From an uncultured delta proteobacterium (GTDB lineage: Bacteria > Myxococcota_A > Polyangia > Polyangiales > Polyangiaceae): a stretch of 64,000 bases of DNA. Shown piece after piece: positions 1-9,715 of this stretch (the stretch's first letter is position 1; every line of letters starts with the position of its first letter). The translations under genes and the position numbers were made by a program. Where the stretch lies: positions 352,001-416,000 of the forward strand of contig CAWJCS010000006.1 of NCBI GenBank assembly GCA_963841435.1. Direction: 5' to 3'. A model generated the notes under the pieces. It worked only from the letters and a program-made list of their open reading frames with translations, did not search any database and was not told the DNA's origin.

Positions 1-948
1 CGGCGCGCACCGATGCCGCCGTCGTGTTCGTCAAGACGCTGCAGGAGCGAGGCATCGCCGGGCGCGAGCGCGTCGTGGGCGAGGGTCTCGGCACCGCGTT
101 CGTGTTCGACCCCGACGGGCTCGTGCTCACGAACAATCACGTGATCGAGGGCGCGACCGAGATCCGGGTCACGCTGGGGCAGAAGCGAGAGCTGCCGGCG
201 ACGGTGGTGGGGCGTGATCCGCCAACCGACATCGCGGTCCTGCGCATCGACGCCAAGGGGCTTGCGCACGTGCCGCTGGGCGATTCGGAGGCCATCCGGG
301 TCGGCGACTGGGTGGTTGCGATCGGCAATCCGTTCGGCCTCGCGCACACCGTGTCGGCCGGCATCATCTCCGCAAAGGGGCGCACGAACCAAGATGTGCG
401 CGGCCTCGACGACTCGGGCTACTACGATTTTCTGCAGACCGATGCGAGCATCAACCCCGGCAACTCCGGCGGTCCGCTGCTCGACGTGACCGGACGGGTC
501 GTCGGCATCAACACGGCGATCCGCGCGCAAGCGAACAGCATCGGCTTTGCGGTGCCCATCAACATGGTCAAGGAGCTCCTGCCGCGCCTCCTCAGAGACG
601 GAAAGATCACCCGGAGCGCCATTGGTGTGGTCGTGGCCCCCGTCATGGCCGACGACGTTCGAGCGCCTACACTTGCCGGCTGAGTCCGGCGCTCGGATCC
701 GCGCCGTGGTGCCCGGCAGCCCCGCCGATCGCGCGGGCCTCGCGCCCGAGGACGTGGTCGTCGGGCTCGACAGCGAGCCGATCCCGACACCCGAGCGCCT
801 GCGCTGGGTCGCGAGCCTGGCCGGCGTGGGACAGACGGTGACGCTTCGCGTCATCCGTTCGGGACGCACGTTCGACCTCAAGGTCGTCTTGCAGCAGCTA
901 CCGGAGCGCACGGCGCAGCCGCACCCGGGGTTTCCCGGCATTCCGTAG
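1..948 (+). CDS. htrA: HtrA/DegP-family serine protease with PDZ domain (5' truncated by window; +1 frameshift near 655-660)
   Basis: TNNHV, DIAVL and DASINPGNSGGPL trypsin-like motifs in ORF 24..683. The PDZ (VVPGSPADRAGL) continues in the +1 frame (547..948). Confidence 0.9.
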
Positions 949-1060
949 CCTCGCGGCACCTGATTGCTCTGCGCCGGTGGGGAGGCCCAGCGCGGTACGC
1001 CCGCCGGCCGGCACACGGGCAGGGGAGGGACCGCGTCCCTGCCGCGTAGATCCGGGCTGA

Positions 1061-1798
1061 ATGTCTCGGTCCGCCGCCGTTTCCCCGAGCAGCGGGGACG
1101 CCGGCTCCGTGGCCGCGCCCCGCTCGTCGGTCGAGCTCCGTCCGCTGCGGGTGAATACCGCGACGGACGCTGCGTCGAACCCTTCGACCGCCGGCGTCGA
1201 GCCGGACCCAGACCATGTTCTCATCCAGCGCGTCCAGGCCGGCGACCACCGGGCGTTCGGCGATCTGGTTCGGCGCCACGAGCGCCGCGCCTTCGCCCTC
1301 GCCGTGGGCCTCGTGCGTGATCAGGAGGACGCGGGCGAGATCGTGCAGGAGGCGTTCCTCAGGGTGTATCGGGGCATTCACGGCTTCACCGGAGCCGCGA
1401 GCTTCTTTACGTGGCTCTACCGCATCGTCAAAAACCTCTCCATCGACCTCATGCGGCGTCCGGCCTGGCAGCGCGAGCTGCCAGAGAGCGACGCCGTCGA
1501 CGACGAGCCGCTACGCTCGGCCGTCGGATCCGATCCGAGCGAGGTCCTCGAGCGCCGCGAGCTCGCGATGCGCCTCGACGCCGCATTCGCGGCCCTGCCC
1601 GCGTACCACCGGGAGGTCATCGTGATGCGCGAGGTCGAAGGCAAGAGCTATGACGAGATGGCGGCCACCGCCGGCGTCACGAAGGGTACGATCATGAGCC
1701 GGCTCTTTTACGCGCGCCGCAAGCTGCAGCGCGCGCTCGGCCCCGATTACTCCGAACGGACCGGGCGAAGCCCCGGGGGCGGGCGGAGCGGGCGATGA
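1061..1798 (+). CDS. ECF RNA polymerase sigma factor (RpoE-like)
   Basis: Region 2 DAGEIVQEAFLRVYR...FFTWLYRI; region 4 YDEMAATAGVTKGTIMSRLFYAR. Start uncertain. Confidence 0.92.
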   Translation: MSRSAAVSPSSGDAGSVAAPRSSVELRPLRVNTATDAASNPSTAGVEPDPDHVLIQRVQAGDHRAFGDLVRRHERRAFALAVGLVRDQEDAGEIVQEAFLRVYRGIHGFTGAASFFTWLYRIVKNLSIDLMRRPAWQRELPESDAVDDEPLRSAVGSDPSEVLERRELAMRLDAAFAALPAYHREVIVMREVEGKSYDEMAATAGVTKGTIMSRLFYARRKLQRALGPDYSERTGRSPGGGRSGR

Positions 1799-2274
1799 AG
1801 GTGAGCGACCGTGAGCTCATGCTGTACTTCGACGGGGAGCTCGGGCCCGGACGCTCGGGCGAGATTGCGTGCGCGCGCCGGCGGGACCCGTCGATTGACG
1901 CACGCTTGGCGCGCTTCGCGCGGGTCGGGGAGGTCACGCGAGCCTGGGCTCGCCGGCACCGTATCGAGCGCGCCCGCGTGGTGGAGAAGCCGCCGCGGGT
2001 CCCCTCGCTCGGGCGGCGCTGGGCCGTGGGGGCGCTCGCCGCGGCTGCGTTGCTCGTTGCCGCGCACGCCGGAGACGGGGCTCGCGAGGCGCAGCCCACT
2101 GCCTCGGCGGATTGCGCTCGAGAGCCGACCGGTCCCGTCCGGGCCGTGGCGGTTGACAGCGTGAACTTCGGGGAGCGCGCCGGTGCGGTTTTCCACGTGC
2201 CGGCGAACGACGGTGAGACCACGGTGGTCTGGCTATCGGACGATACCCCGGTCCCCCCGACCTTGCCGTTATGA
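1795..2274 (+). CDS. Putative anti-sigma factor (membrane-anchored)
   Basis: ATGA overlap with the ECF gene; N-terminal LMLYFDGEL anti-sigma-like motif; one hydrophobic segment; C-terminal TTVVWL. Confidence 0.7.
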   Translation: MKVSDRELMLYFDGELGPGRSGEIACARRRDPSIDARLARFARVGEVTRAWARRHRIERARVVEKPPRVPSLGRRWAVGALAAAALLVAAHAGDGAREAQPTASADCAREPTGPVRAVAVDSVNFGERAGAVFHVPANDGETTVVWLSDDTPVPPTLPL

Positions 2275-2741
2275 GGGTCGCGTTCCTGGTCGCGGCGGCG
2301 CTCGCCGCGCAGCCGAGCACGGCGTGGGCGGAGCCGCGCGACGCCAAAAGCCCCGCGGCGAGCCTGTTCGTCGAGCTCTCCGTGCTCCACGCCACGCACG
2401 AATCTCGCCAAATCGATCCACGCGTCGCCGATCTCACGGAGCTCACGAAGCCGCCGTTTTCCAGCTACGAGCGCTACCGGCTCATCGAACGCGTGAGGCT
2501 GCCGCTCGCGACGCGCGTGCCGGTGGTGAGGCGGCTGCCGAACGGACGCATGCTTCGGACCGAGCTAATCGAGCGCGAGCGTGGGGACGTCGTGCACCTG
2601 GTTTCGAGCATCAATCAGCCGGGTGGGAGCTCTTTCCTGCCGTTGCTCGAGGTCACGGCGCGCGTCGGGCAGCGCTTCATCGTCGCCGGGCAGCGCTACA
2701 AGACGGGGATCTTGGTGCTCGTGCTGCGCGTCCAGCGTTGA
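2271..2741 (+). CDS. Secreted hypothetical protein
   Basis: Signal peptide (MRVAFLVAAALAAQPSTAWA); ATGA-coupled to the anti-sigma gene. Confidence 0.75.
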   Translation: MRVAFLVAAALAAQPSTAWAEPRDAKSPAASLFVELSVLHATHESRQIDPRVADLTELTKPPFSSYERYRLIERVRLPLATRVPVVRRLPNGRMLRTELIERERGDVVHLVSSINQPGGSSFLPLLEVTARVGQRFIVAGQRYKTGILVLVLRVQR

Positions 2742-2781
2742 GTTTCCTGCCGGCGCGGGGCGCCGCGCGCTCACTCCGGGC

Positions 2782-4029
2782 TCAGGCGCTGCCGCCCGAG
2801 GCGGCCATCGGCAGTGTCAGCGTGAAGGTCGTGCCCCGGTCGGGCGAGCTCGTGACCTCGATGGTCGCTCCGAGCGCGTTGACGATGCTCTTGACGATCG
2901 AAAGGCCGAGCCCCGTGCCCCGACCCTCGCTCTTCGTCGTGAAGAACGGCTCGAAGATCAGCTGCAGGTGCTCCTCGTCTATGCCGGCGCCCTCGTCCTC
3001 GATGAAGAGCATTACCGATCGCGTCTCCGGCTCGGCCCGTGCCGTGAGCGTGAGTCGCCCACCGCGCTCGCTCATCGAATGGGCCGCATTGGTGAACAGG
3101 TTCACGAACACCTGCGTGAGCGAGCCGACGACACCGAGCACGGCGGGCAAGCCGCTCGGGACCTGCACGTCCACCTCGATGCCGGAGAACTCGTGCTCGC
3201 AAAACACCAGCGCCTTGTTGACCACTTCCTTGAGCTCGACCGGACCGGGCACCTCGGTCGAAGGCCGCGCATAAGCGACGAGATCCCGGGAAAAGCGCAG
3301 GATCCTCCCGGCCGCGTCCTCGATGCGCCGCAGCCGCTCGAGATCGTCCTCCGCCTCGCCATTGGGAAGCCGCCCGCGGGCTTTCTTCGCCAGGTAGTCG
3401 GCGTACGCGATGATGGAGGTCAGCGGATTGTTGAGCTCGTGGACCACACCCGCGACGATCTGGCCGAGTGACGCCAGCTTCTCGGCCTGGATCATGTGGG
3501 CTTGTAGTTGCTCGAAGCTACGAGCGGAGGCCTGCGTGTGGCGGAACGCCCGCGAGCGGCTCAGCGAGCGCGAAAACACGATCGAGGCGCGCTCGGTGAT
3601 CTGCAGGTCGAGCGGCGAGAGGTCGGCGCTCGACCCGACGTGCAGGGTCGAAACGTCGTCGAGCGACAGAATGCGCTCGTCGCGCAGCATGGGAAAGAGG
3701 CGCGACGGGTCGCGCTGCATGGCGTCCGACGAGCCGGGCGGCAGGCGGACGCTCACGGTCGGCCGCTCGCCAGCGTCCGTGACGACGCATGCGCCCAACG
3801 CCAAGTGCGGCAGCAGTGTGGAAAGGCCGTCGAGGAAGCGCTCGGAGACCTCGGCCGGGCCGCTCTCGACGGGCAAATCGAGCGCCAGCGCGAGGAGCAC
3901 GTCACGCCAGGGATCGGCCGGTCGCTCCGAGATGCGGCGCGGGGAGCCCGGCAGCGCTTCGCGGGGGTCCGCGGCGGAGATTCGCCCGGGAATCGGTGTG
4001 CGCCCGGAGAGCTCGTGGCGACCGCTCAT
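2782..4029 (-). CDS. Sensor histidine kinase (HisKA + HATPase_c)
   Basis: H-box EKLASLGQIVAGVVHELNNP; N-box QVFVNLFTNA; DEGAGI; FEPFFTTK; GTGLGL. Confidence 0.93.
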   Translation of the reverse strand: MSGRHELSGRTPIPGRISAADPREALPGSPRRISERPADPWRDVLLALALDLPVESGPAEVSERFLDGLSTLLPHLALGACVVTDAGERPTVSVRLPPGSSDAMQRDPSRLFPMLRDERILSLDDVSTLHVGSSADLSPLDLQITERASIVFSRSLSRSRAFRHTQASARSFEQLQAHMIQAEKLASLGQIVAGVVHELNNPLTSIIAYADYLAKKARGRLPNGEAEDDLERLRRIEDAAGRILRFSRDLVAYARPSTEVPGPVELKEVVNKALVFCEHEFSGIEVDVQVPSGLPAVLGVVGSLTQVFVNLFTNAAHSMSERGGRLTLTARAEPETRSVMLFIEDEGAGIDEEHLQLIFEPFFTTKSEGRGTGLGLSIVKSIVNALGATIEVTSSPDRGTTFTLTLPMAASGGSA

Positions 4030-6069
4030 GGGCGCGGCTCCCTTTCGCCCGACGGCCCGCTCGCGCGCTCGAGATCGAGGATGCGCGCTTCACCGACGTA
4101 GCTCTTGGTCTCGTACTTGGTGATGCTGCCGACCTTGCGCACGATCTCGGCCATCCGTTGGGCCTCGGAGACGATCACCTGTGCGTTCTTCCACAGGTTC
4201 GGCTCGCGCTCGAGCTGGCGGCTCAGCAGCTCGGCGTAGCCGATCACGCTCGTGAGCGGCTGGTTGAGCTCGTGCGCCGCAGCTCCCGCGAGCTCGGCGA
4301 TCATGGCCTGCTTCTCGCGCGTGCGAAGCTCTTCTTGCGCTCGCTCGAGCTCCCCTTGGATGCGGAGCTTCTCGCGCAGATCCGTGAAGATGCCGAGCGT
4401 CCCCACGGGTGTGCCGTTCTCGACCACGAGCGACGCCGACAGCAAAACGGGGAGATTGCTGCCGTCCGCAGCCAGCATGTCGACGCGGAAGTCTTGCAGA
4501 CGCCCGTAGCCGGATTGGTCGGGATCGCGGATGTGCTTCATGATTTGCCGCGCGATCCCGGCAGCGTAGAGATCCTCGACGTTCAGCTTGCCGATGACGT
4601 CCGCCTGCGCGTAGCCGAAAACTCGCGCGGCAGCGCGGTTGAAAAGCCGCACCGTCCCGTCTGAGATCCGCCGAGACGATCGCGTCGACCGAGCTCTCGA
4701 TGACGGACTCCAAGAAATCCTTGGTCCGCTGGAGCTCGATCGCCGTGCGGCGCTCGAGCGTCACGTCGCGAATCGTGAACAGCACGGCGTTGTCGTCGTG
4801 GAGCACCGAGCTGAAGCTGACGTTGACGGTGGTCAAGCGACCGTGACGCTCGGCGAGGGTGAGATCGACGCCTCGCGGGTAGACTCCCGACCGGAAGCCG
4901 CGCATCAGGCGCTCCGCCATCGCCTCCTGCTCGGGCGCGAGCAGCGCCTTGAGCGACGTGCGTGCGAGATCGGCCTCGCCCTCATCGAGGATCTCGCGCG
5001 CCCTTGGGTTCGCAAAGAGGACATGGCCGGTACGATCGATCACGACCATGCCGTCCGCGGCGCTCTCGAAGAAGCCCGCATAGCGCTGGAAGAGCTGGAC
5101 GCGCTGCTCCGCCTGCACGCGCTCGAGCGTGCTCTTTTGGGTCTGGTCCCTGAGAGACTGCAGGATACGCGCATTGCGCAGGGCGATGGCGGTGGCGTTC
5201 GCCAGCGTCGAGACCAGCGAAAGCTCGGCGTCGCGGAAGCTCGCCTTCGATTTCGAGCGCAAAAACAGCACGCCGAGGGGTCGAGCCTGGTCTTGCAGGA
5301 TGGGCATCAGGGCTAGCGAGGCGTAGCCGCGGGCGGGTTCGCGGCGCTCGCGGACGACGCTCATGAGCTCGCTCTCCGCGGCGTCGCGGATCACCAGCGA
5401 GCGCCCCGTGCTCACGACCTCGCGGATCTCGGGATACTGGTCGATGTCGATGGGCAAATCGCGCAGGCTGTCGTCGTCGCTCGAGGCAAGCACGTAGCCG
5501 ATTCGCCCGGACTCGGCGAAGAGCACGATGCTGCAGCGGTCGACCCGGGCGACCTCGGCGATGCGTTGCACGACCGTGAACAGGATGTCGCGGATGTCGA
5601 GGCTCGAGGCCAGAGCTTGAGTGAGGTCGAGCACCGTTTGCTGGTCGCGGTCACGGCGAGCGAGCCGCTCCAGGTATTCGCGCACGCGCATCTGGACGCG
5701 CAGCCGCGCGAGCAGCTCGCCCGGCCGAAAGGGCTTGCGCACGTAGTCGTCCGCCCCGTGCGCGAACGCACGCTCGATTTCGGCGTCGGCGTCGAGGGCC
5801 GTGAGCACGATCACGGGCACTTCGGCGAGCTCCGGACGCGAGCGCACGAAGCGGAGCACCGCGTAGCCGTCCGGCTCCGGCATGACCAGGTCGAGCAGGA
5901 TGGCGCTCGGCGGGTCATGGGCCCCCAGGTGCAACATCGCGTCCGTCCCGCTCGAAACGATGTCGGCTTGCAAACCCGCAGCCGCCAACATCTGCCCGAG
6001 CATGTGGCGGCTCACACCGTCGTCATCGACGACTAGCACGCGGGACTCCGGAGGCACGTGAAGTTTCAT
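4026..6069 (-). CDS. REC-GAF-PAS-PAS-HisKA signalling protein without ATPase domain (+1 frameshift near 4655-4665)
   Basis: Receiver VLVVDDD...LLDLVMP...KPF, then GAF and PAS regions in ORF 4090..6630 from ATG 6069. The second PAS and AAAHELNQPL continue in 4026..4652. Confidence 0.85.
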
Positions 6070-6108
6070 GTTATCACGAGCCCGTGAGGGCGGGTATATT
6101 GTCCGACC

Positions 6109-6636
6109 GTGAGCGAGCCGCCGAGAGACCCCGCTCTTGACGCCGACCTGGAGGAGCTGGGGGACGACGTCATCATCGCGCAAGAAACTGGGGCGCACGC
6201 GCCACAGCCGCGCGCCAACGTCACCACCGACCACCCGACGGTGGTGATCAGCGAGCCGTCGGGCGGCGGGGCGGAAAAGGCCCGGCCCCCCCGCCGCGAG
6301 CGCAGCGAGCAAACGGTGGTGATTCGCGATCGCAAGGCGCTCGACAAGATGCGCCGTGAGATCGACCAGCGTCGGCGCGTGAAGACGAAGAAGAAGGCGA
6401 GCGCCGGGACGATGTACTTGATCGGCGTCGCAGCGCTTGCCTCGCTCGTCGTCGGCACGCTGCTCGCCGCGCTCATCGACTCGCGCAACGGCTCGGCCGC
6501 GCCCGCGGCCTCGACGTTGCCGGCGTCGCGTGTGGTCGCGGAGCCCGAGCCGGCGCAATCCGTGCCTCAGGGCACGATCGATCTCGACGCCCTGCCCGCG
6601 GCGCCGCGCCGGCCAGAGCGTTCCGAGCACCCCTGA
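6109..6636 (+). CDS. Hypothetical single-pass membrane protein
   Basis: Acidic N-terminus, basic patch, TM segment (YLIGVAALASLVVGTLLAALI), Pro-rich tail; fills the gap between flanking genes. Confidence 0.7.
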   Translation: MSEPPRDPALDADLEELGDDVIIAQETGAHAPQPRANVTTDHPTVVISEPSGGGAEKARPPRRERSEQTVVIRDRKALDKMRREIDQRRRVKTKKKASAGTMYLIGVAALASLVVGTLLAALIDSRNGSAAPAASTLPASRVVAEPEPAQSVPQGTIDLDALPAAPRRPERSEHP

Positions 6637-6676
6637 GCGGGAGCCCGGGGCGAGAGCCGGCGGCGGCGACCGTGCG

Positions 6677-8161
6677 TCAGTCCGTGAGTGTGTCGGGCGC
6701 GAGCTCGATGCGGTAGCCGTCGTGCTCGAGCGCGGGCGCGATCTGGCTCTTGTCGCCGACGAGCACCGTCACCATCTCGTCGGGCGCGATCAGCAGTGCG
6801 CTGCTCGCGACCTCGGGCGGTCCGATCAGTGCGAGCAGCGACGGGTAGCGCGCGTAGTAGTCCTGGCCCAGATCCAGGGAAAAGAGCGAAGAAATGGCGC
6901 TCGCCACCCGCGTCGTGTGCTCGAGTCGAGCGCCGAGCGAGTGCAAGAGATCGGCCTTGGCCCGCTGAACCTCGTCGTTCGTGATCGGTGCTCCGAGCCC
7001 GGGATCTCGCGCCCGCTCGAGCTCCTTCTCGATTTCCTCGAGTGCGGGCTCCGTGGCGTCGGTGCGCACGCTGGTGCTCACGACGAACGCGCCCCAGTTG
7101 CGCGTCGCCACGGCGCGCGCCGTAGCGCCGTAGGTGTAGGCGTGCTTTTCTCGGAGATTCGTGTTGATGCGGGAGGTGAACAGGCCGCCGAGCACGGAGG
7201 CCATCACTTCGCGCGCCTCGTAGCCGGGCGCCGAGCGCGCCGGAAAGCGTTGTGCGGTGAACACGGCCGTCTGCACGGCGCCGGGCCGGTCGACGATCGT
7301 GACGACGCGCTCGGGCGTCGGTGGCGGTCCGAGCGGCGGGACGGCGGGCGCGCGTGCCGGGCCCGTGCCGCGCCAGGGGGCGAAGCGGTGCACGACGCTG
7401 CCCCGGATGCCATCGAGCGTCACGTCCCCGACCGCAATCAACACGGCATTTTCAGGTCGAAAGGCGCGGGCGTGAAAAGCGCGCAGATCCGCGACCGTGA
7501 GGCGCTTCACGGTCGATACGGCGCCGCCCACGGGCGCTCCGTGGGTCGGGCCGAGCAGCAGTCTGAGCCCCGCGAGCGCCGCGAGCCAATCGGGGGCTTG
7601 GCGCTCGGCCGTCAGCCCGTCGAGCCACTCGGCGCGGACGCGCTGGAATTCGCGATCCGAAAATGCGGGTGTCGTCACCACCTCGGCGAGCAGCTCGAGC
7701 GCGCGGTTGACGTCGGCGGTGAGCGCAGAGAGACCCACGAACGCGTCGTCCCGGCCCGCGTCGGCGGCGAGCGGGGCACCGAGTGACTCCGCCGCCTCGG
7801 CGAGCGCGAGGCTGTCGTGCTTCCTGGTGCTTTCGATCATGAGCCGCGTCGTGAGGCCGGCCACCCCGCTCTTGTCGGGCGGCAACGACGAAGCGCCCTG
7901 GCGAATCACGAGCCGCAGCGTCACCACGGCCGCCGGCCGGTGCACGACGTAGACCGTGAGACCATTTTTCAGCTTGTCGACCTCGGGAGTGGGGAAGCGA
8001 ACGGGGACGGCGGCTCCGGGCGCGGGTCGCTCCGCGCGCCACGCCTCGGGATCCGCGGGGCCTGCGCTCTGTGGCGTCGCAGGCGGCTTGCCTTGATAGA
8101 CGTTCACCTTGGGCCCGCAGGCGACGAGGGCGAGCACGCAGACGACGTAGCGCGGGCTCAC
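6677..8161 (-). CDS. M16 (pitrilysin/insulinase) family peptidase, non-catalytic-type subunit, lipoprotein
   Basis: LKNGLTV, LGGLFTSRINTNLREKHAYTYG; no HXXEH; lipobox LVAC; GTG start overlaps the upstream stop. Confidence 0.88.
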   Translation of the reverse strand: MSPRYVVCVLALVACGPKVNVYQGKPPATPQSAGPADPEAWRAERPAPGAAVPVRFPTPEVDKLKNGLTVYVVHRPAAVVTLRLVIRQGASSLPPDKSGVAGLTTRLMIESTRKHDSLALAEAAESLGAPLAADAGRDDAFVGLSALTADVNRALELLAEVVTTPAFSDREFQRVRAEWLDGLTAERQAPDWLAALAGLRLLLGPTHGAPVGGAVSTVKRLTVADLRAFHARAFRPENAVLIAVGDVTLDGIRGSVVHRFAPWRGTGPARAPAVPPLGPPPTPERVVTIVDRPGAVQTAVFTAQRFPARSAPGYEAREVMASVLGGLFTSRINTNLREKHAYTYGATARAVATRNWGAFVVSTSVRTDATEPALEEIEKELERARDPGLGAPITNDEVQRAKADLLHSLGARLEHTTRVASAISSLFSLDLGQDYYARYPSLLALIGPPEVASSALLIAPDEMVTVLVGDKSQIAPALEHDGYRIELAPDTLTD

Positions 8162-9636
8162 GGCGCCGCCTTCTGCGCCGCGCGCGGACGCGTGACGACG
8201 GTCACGCGTGACTGCTTGCCGAGGTACTTCGCGACGACCCGCCGCACGTCCTCGGGTGTGACGGCCTCGAGCGCCGCGACCCACTTCGGTAGGTACCCTG
8301 GATCCCCCAAATAGTGATTGAAGCGCTGCAGCATGCCGGCACGCCCCGACTCACCACCGTGTCCGTTCAGGAGCTCGAGCTCGCTCGCGAGCGAAACGAG
8401 TAGGCGGTGCTTGGCGCGCGCCACCTCCGCGGGGGTCGGCCCCTGGTTGCCGAGCTCGTCGAGCGTCTGGTCGAGCGCCGCCTCGAGCTCGTCGGTGGTT
8501 TTGCCGGACGCGACGGTTCCGTCGACGCTCACCATGCTCGCGAGGGCATTCGGGTCGACCGACGCATCGACGTCGGACGCTACCTTCTCCTGGACGACGA
8601 GCCTCCGGTAGAGCCGCGTCGCCCGCCCCCCCGCGAGCACCGCGGCCGCGACCTCGAGCGGCGCGTCGTCGGGCGCGTAGGCGGGCGGCGCGATCCACCC
8701 GTACGAGACGCGCGCGAGATCGACCGGCTCGTCGACCACGAGGCGGACGGGCTTCGTGAGCGGTGGCGTCGGCGGACGCGAAAGCCGCGTCGTGGGACGG
8801 CTCGGCAACCCCGCGAAGTAGCGCGTGACGAGTCGCTTCGCTTCGGCCGGGTCGAAGTCGCCCGCGAGCGTGAGTGTCGCGTTGGCGGGCGAGTAGTAGG
8901 CGCGGAAGAACTCGCGCACGTCGTCGAGCGTGGCGGCGCTGAGGTCCGCCATCGAGCCGATCACGGCGCCATGGTAGGGGTGGCCGGGCGGGAACATGGC
9001 GTCGAGCAGCGCGAGCGAGCTCGGGCCGTACGGCGCGTTCTCGAAGCTCTGCCGGCGTTCGTTTTTCACGACGTCGCGCTGCACGTCCAGCCGCTCCTGG
9101 TTGACGACGTCGAGCAGGTATCCCATGCGATCGCTCTCGATCCAGATCGCGAGCGGCAGCTCCTCGCGCGGCACGGTCTCGAAGTAGTTCGTGCGATCCC
9201 AGTTCGTCGTGCCGTTGACGTTGGTCGCGCCGACCGACTCGAGCAGCTTGTCGAACTCGCGGCCGACGTGCTTCGAGCCCTCGAACATGAGGTGCTCGAA
9301 CAAATGAGCGAACCCGCTTCGCCCGGGCGGTTCGTTGGCGGGGCCCACGTGGTACCAAACGCTCACGGCGACGAGCGGCAGCGACGTGTCGCGGTGGAGG
9401 ATCACGGTGAGGCCGTTTTCGAGCGTCAGCTTTTCGAACGGAATCGTGAACTGCGCCGGAGCGGCCGCGGGCTGAGCGGAAGCCGCGTCGGGCGTCGGGT
9501 TCGAGGTCGCGACCGGGGCCGCTGCGGCTGGTGTCGCGAGCGTCGTGCCGCTGGCCGCGAGCGCCAGCGCGAGAACGCGCCCGGCCAGCGGGGGGAGGAG
9601 AACATTTTTGGAGCTCACGCGCGCACGATGCCACAC
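8158..9636 (-). CDS. M16 family zinc peptidase, catalytic subunit
   Basis: GFAHLFEHLMF (HXXEH), NGTTNWDRTNY, VVKNERR; signal peptide. Start may be GTG 9618. Confidence 0.92.
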   Translation of the reverse strand: MWHRARVSSKNVLLPPLAGRVLALALAASGTTLATPAAAAPVATSNPTPDAASAQPAAAPAQFTIPFEKLTLENGLTVILHRDTSLPLVAVSVWYHVGPANEPPGRSGFAHLFEHLMFEGSKHVGREFDKLLESVGATNVNGTTNWDRTNYFETVPREELPLAIWIESDRMGYLLDVVNQERLDVQRDVVKNERRQSFENAPYGPSSLALLDAMFPPGHPYHGAVIGSMADLSAATLDDVREFFRAYYSPANATLTLAGDFDPAEAKRLVTRYFAGLPSRPTTRLSRPPTPPLTKPVRLVVDEPVDLARVSYGWIAPPAYAPDDAPLEVAAAVLAGGRATRLYRRLVVQEKVASDVDASVDPNALASMVSVDGTVASGKTTDELEAALDQTLDELGNQGPTPAEVARAKHRLLVSLASELELLNGHGGESGRAGMLQRFNHYLGDPGYLPKWVAALEAVTPEDVRRVVAKYLGKQSRVTVVTRPRAAQKAAP

Positions 9637-9715
9637 GCTTCGAGCAAGCGTCGGCGGAGCCGCTTCATTCCAGCGAGCGGGGGTGCTAACGCTCCCGGGG
9701 AACGCGGGAGCTCAT

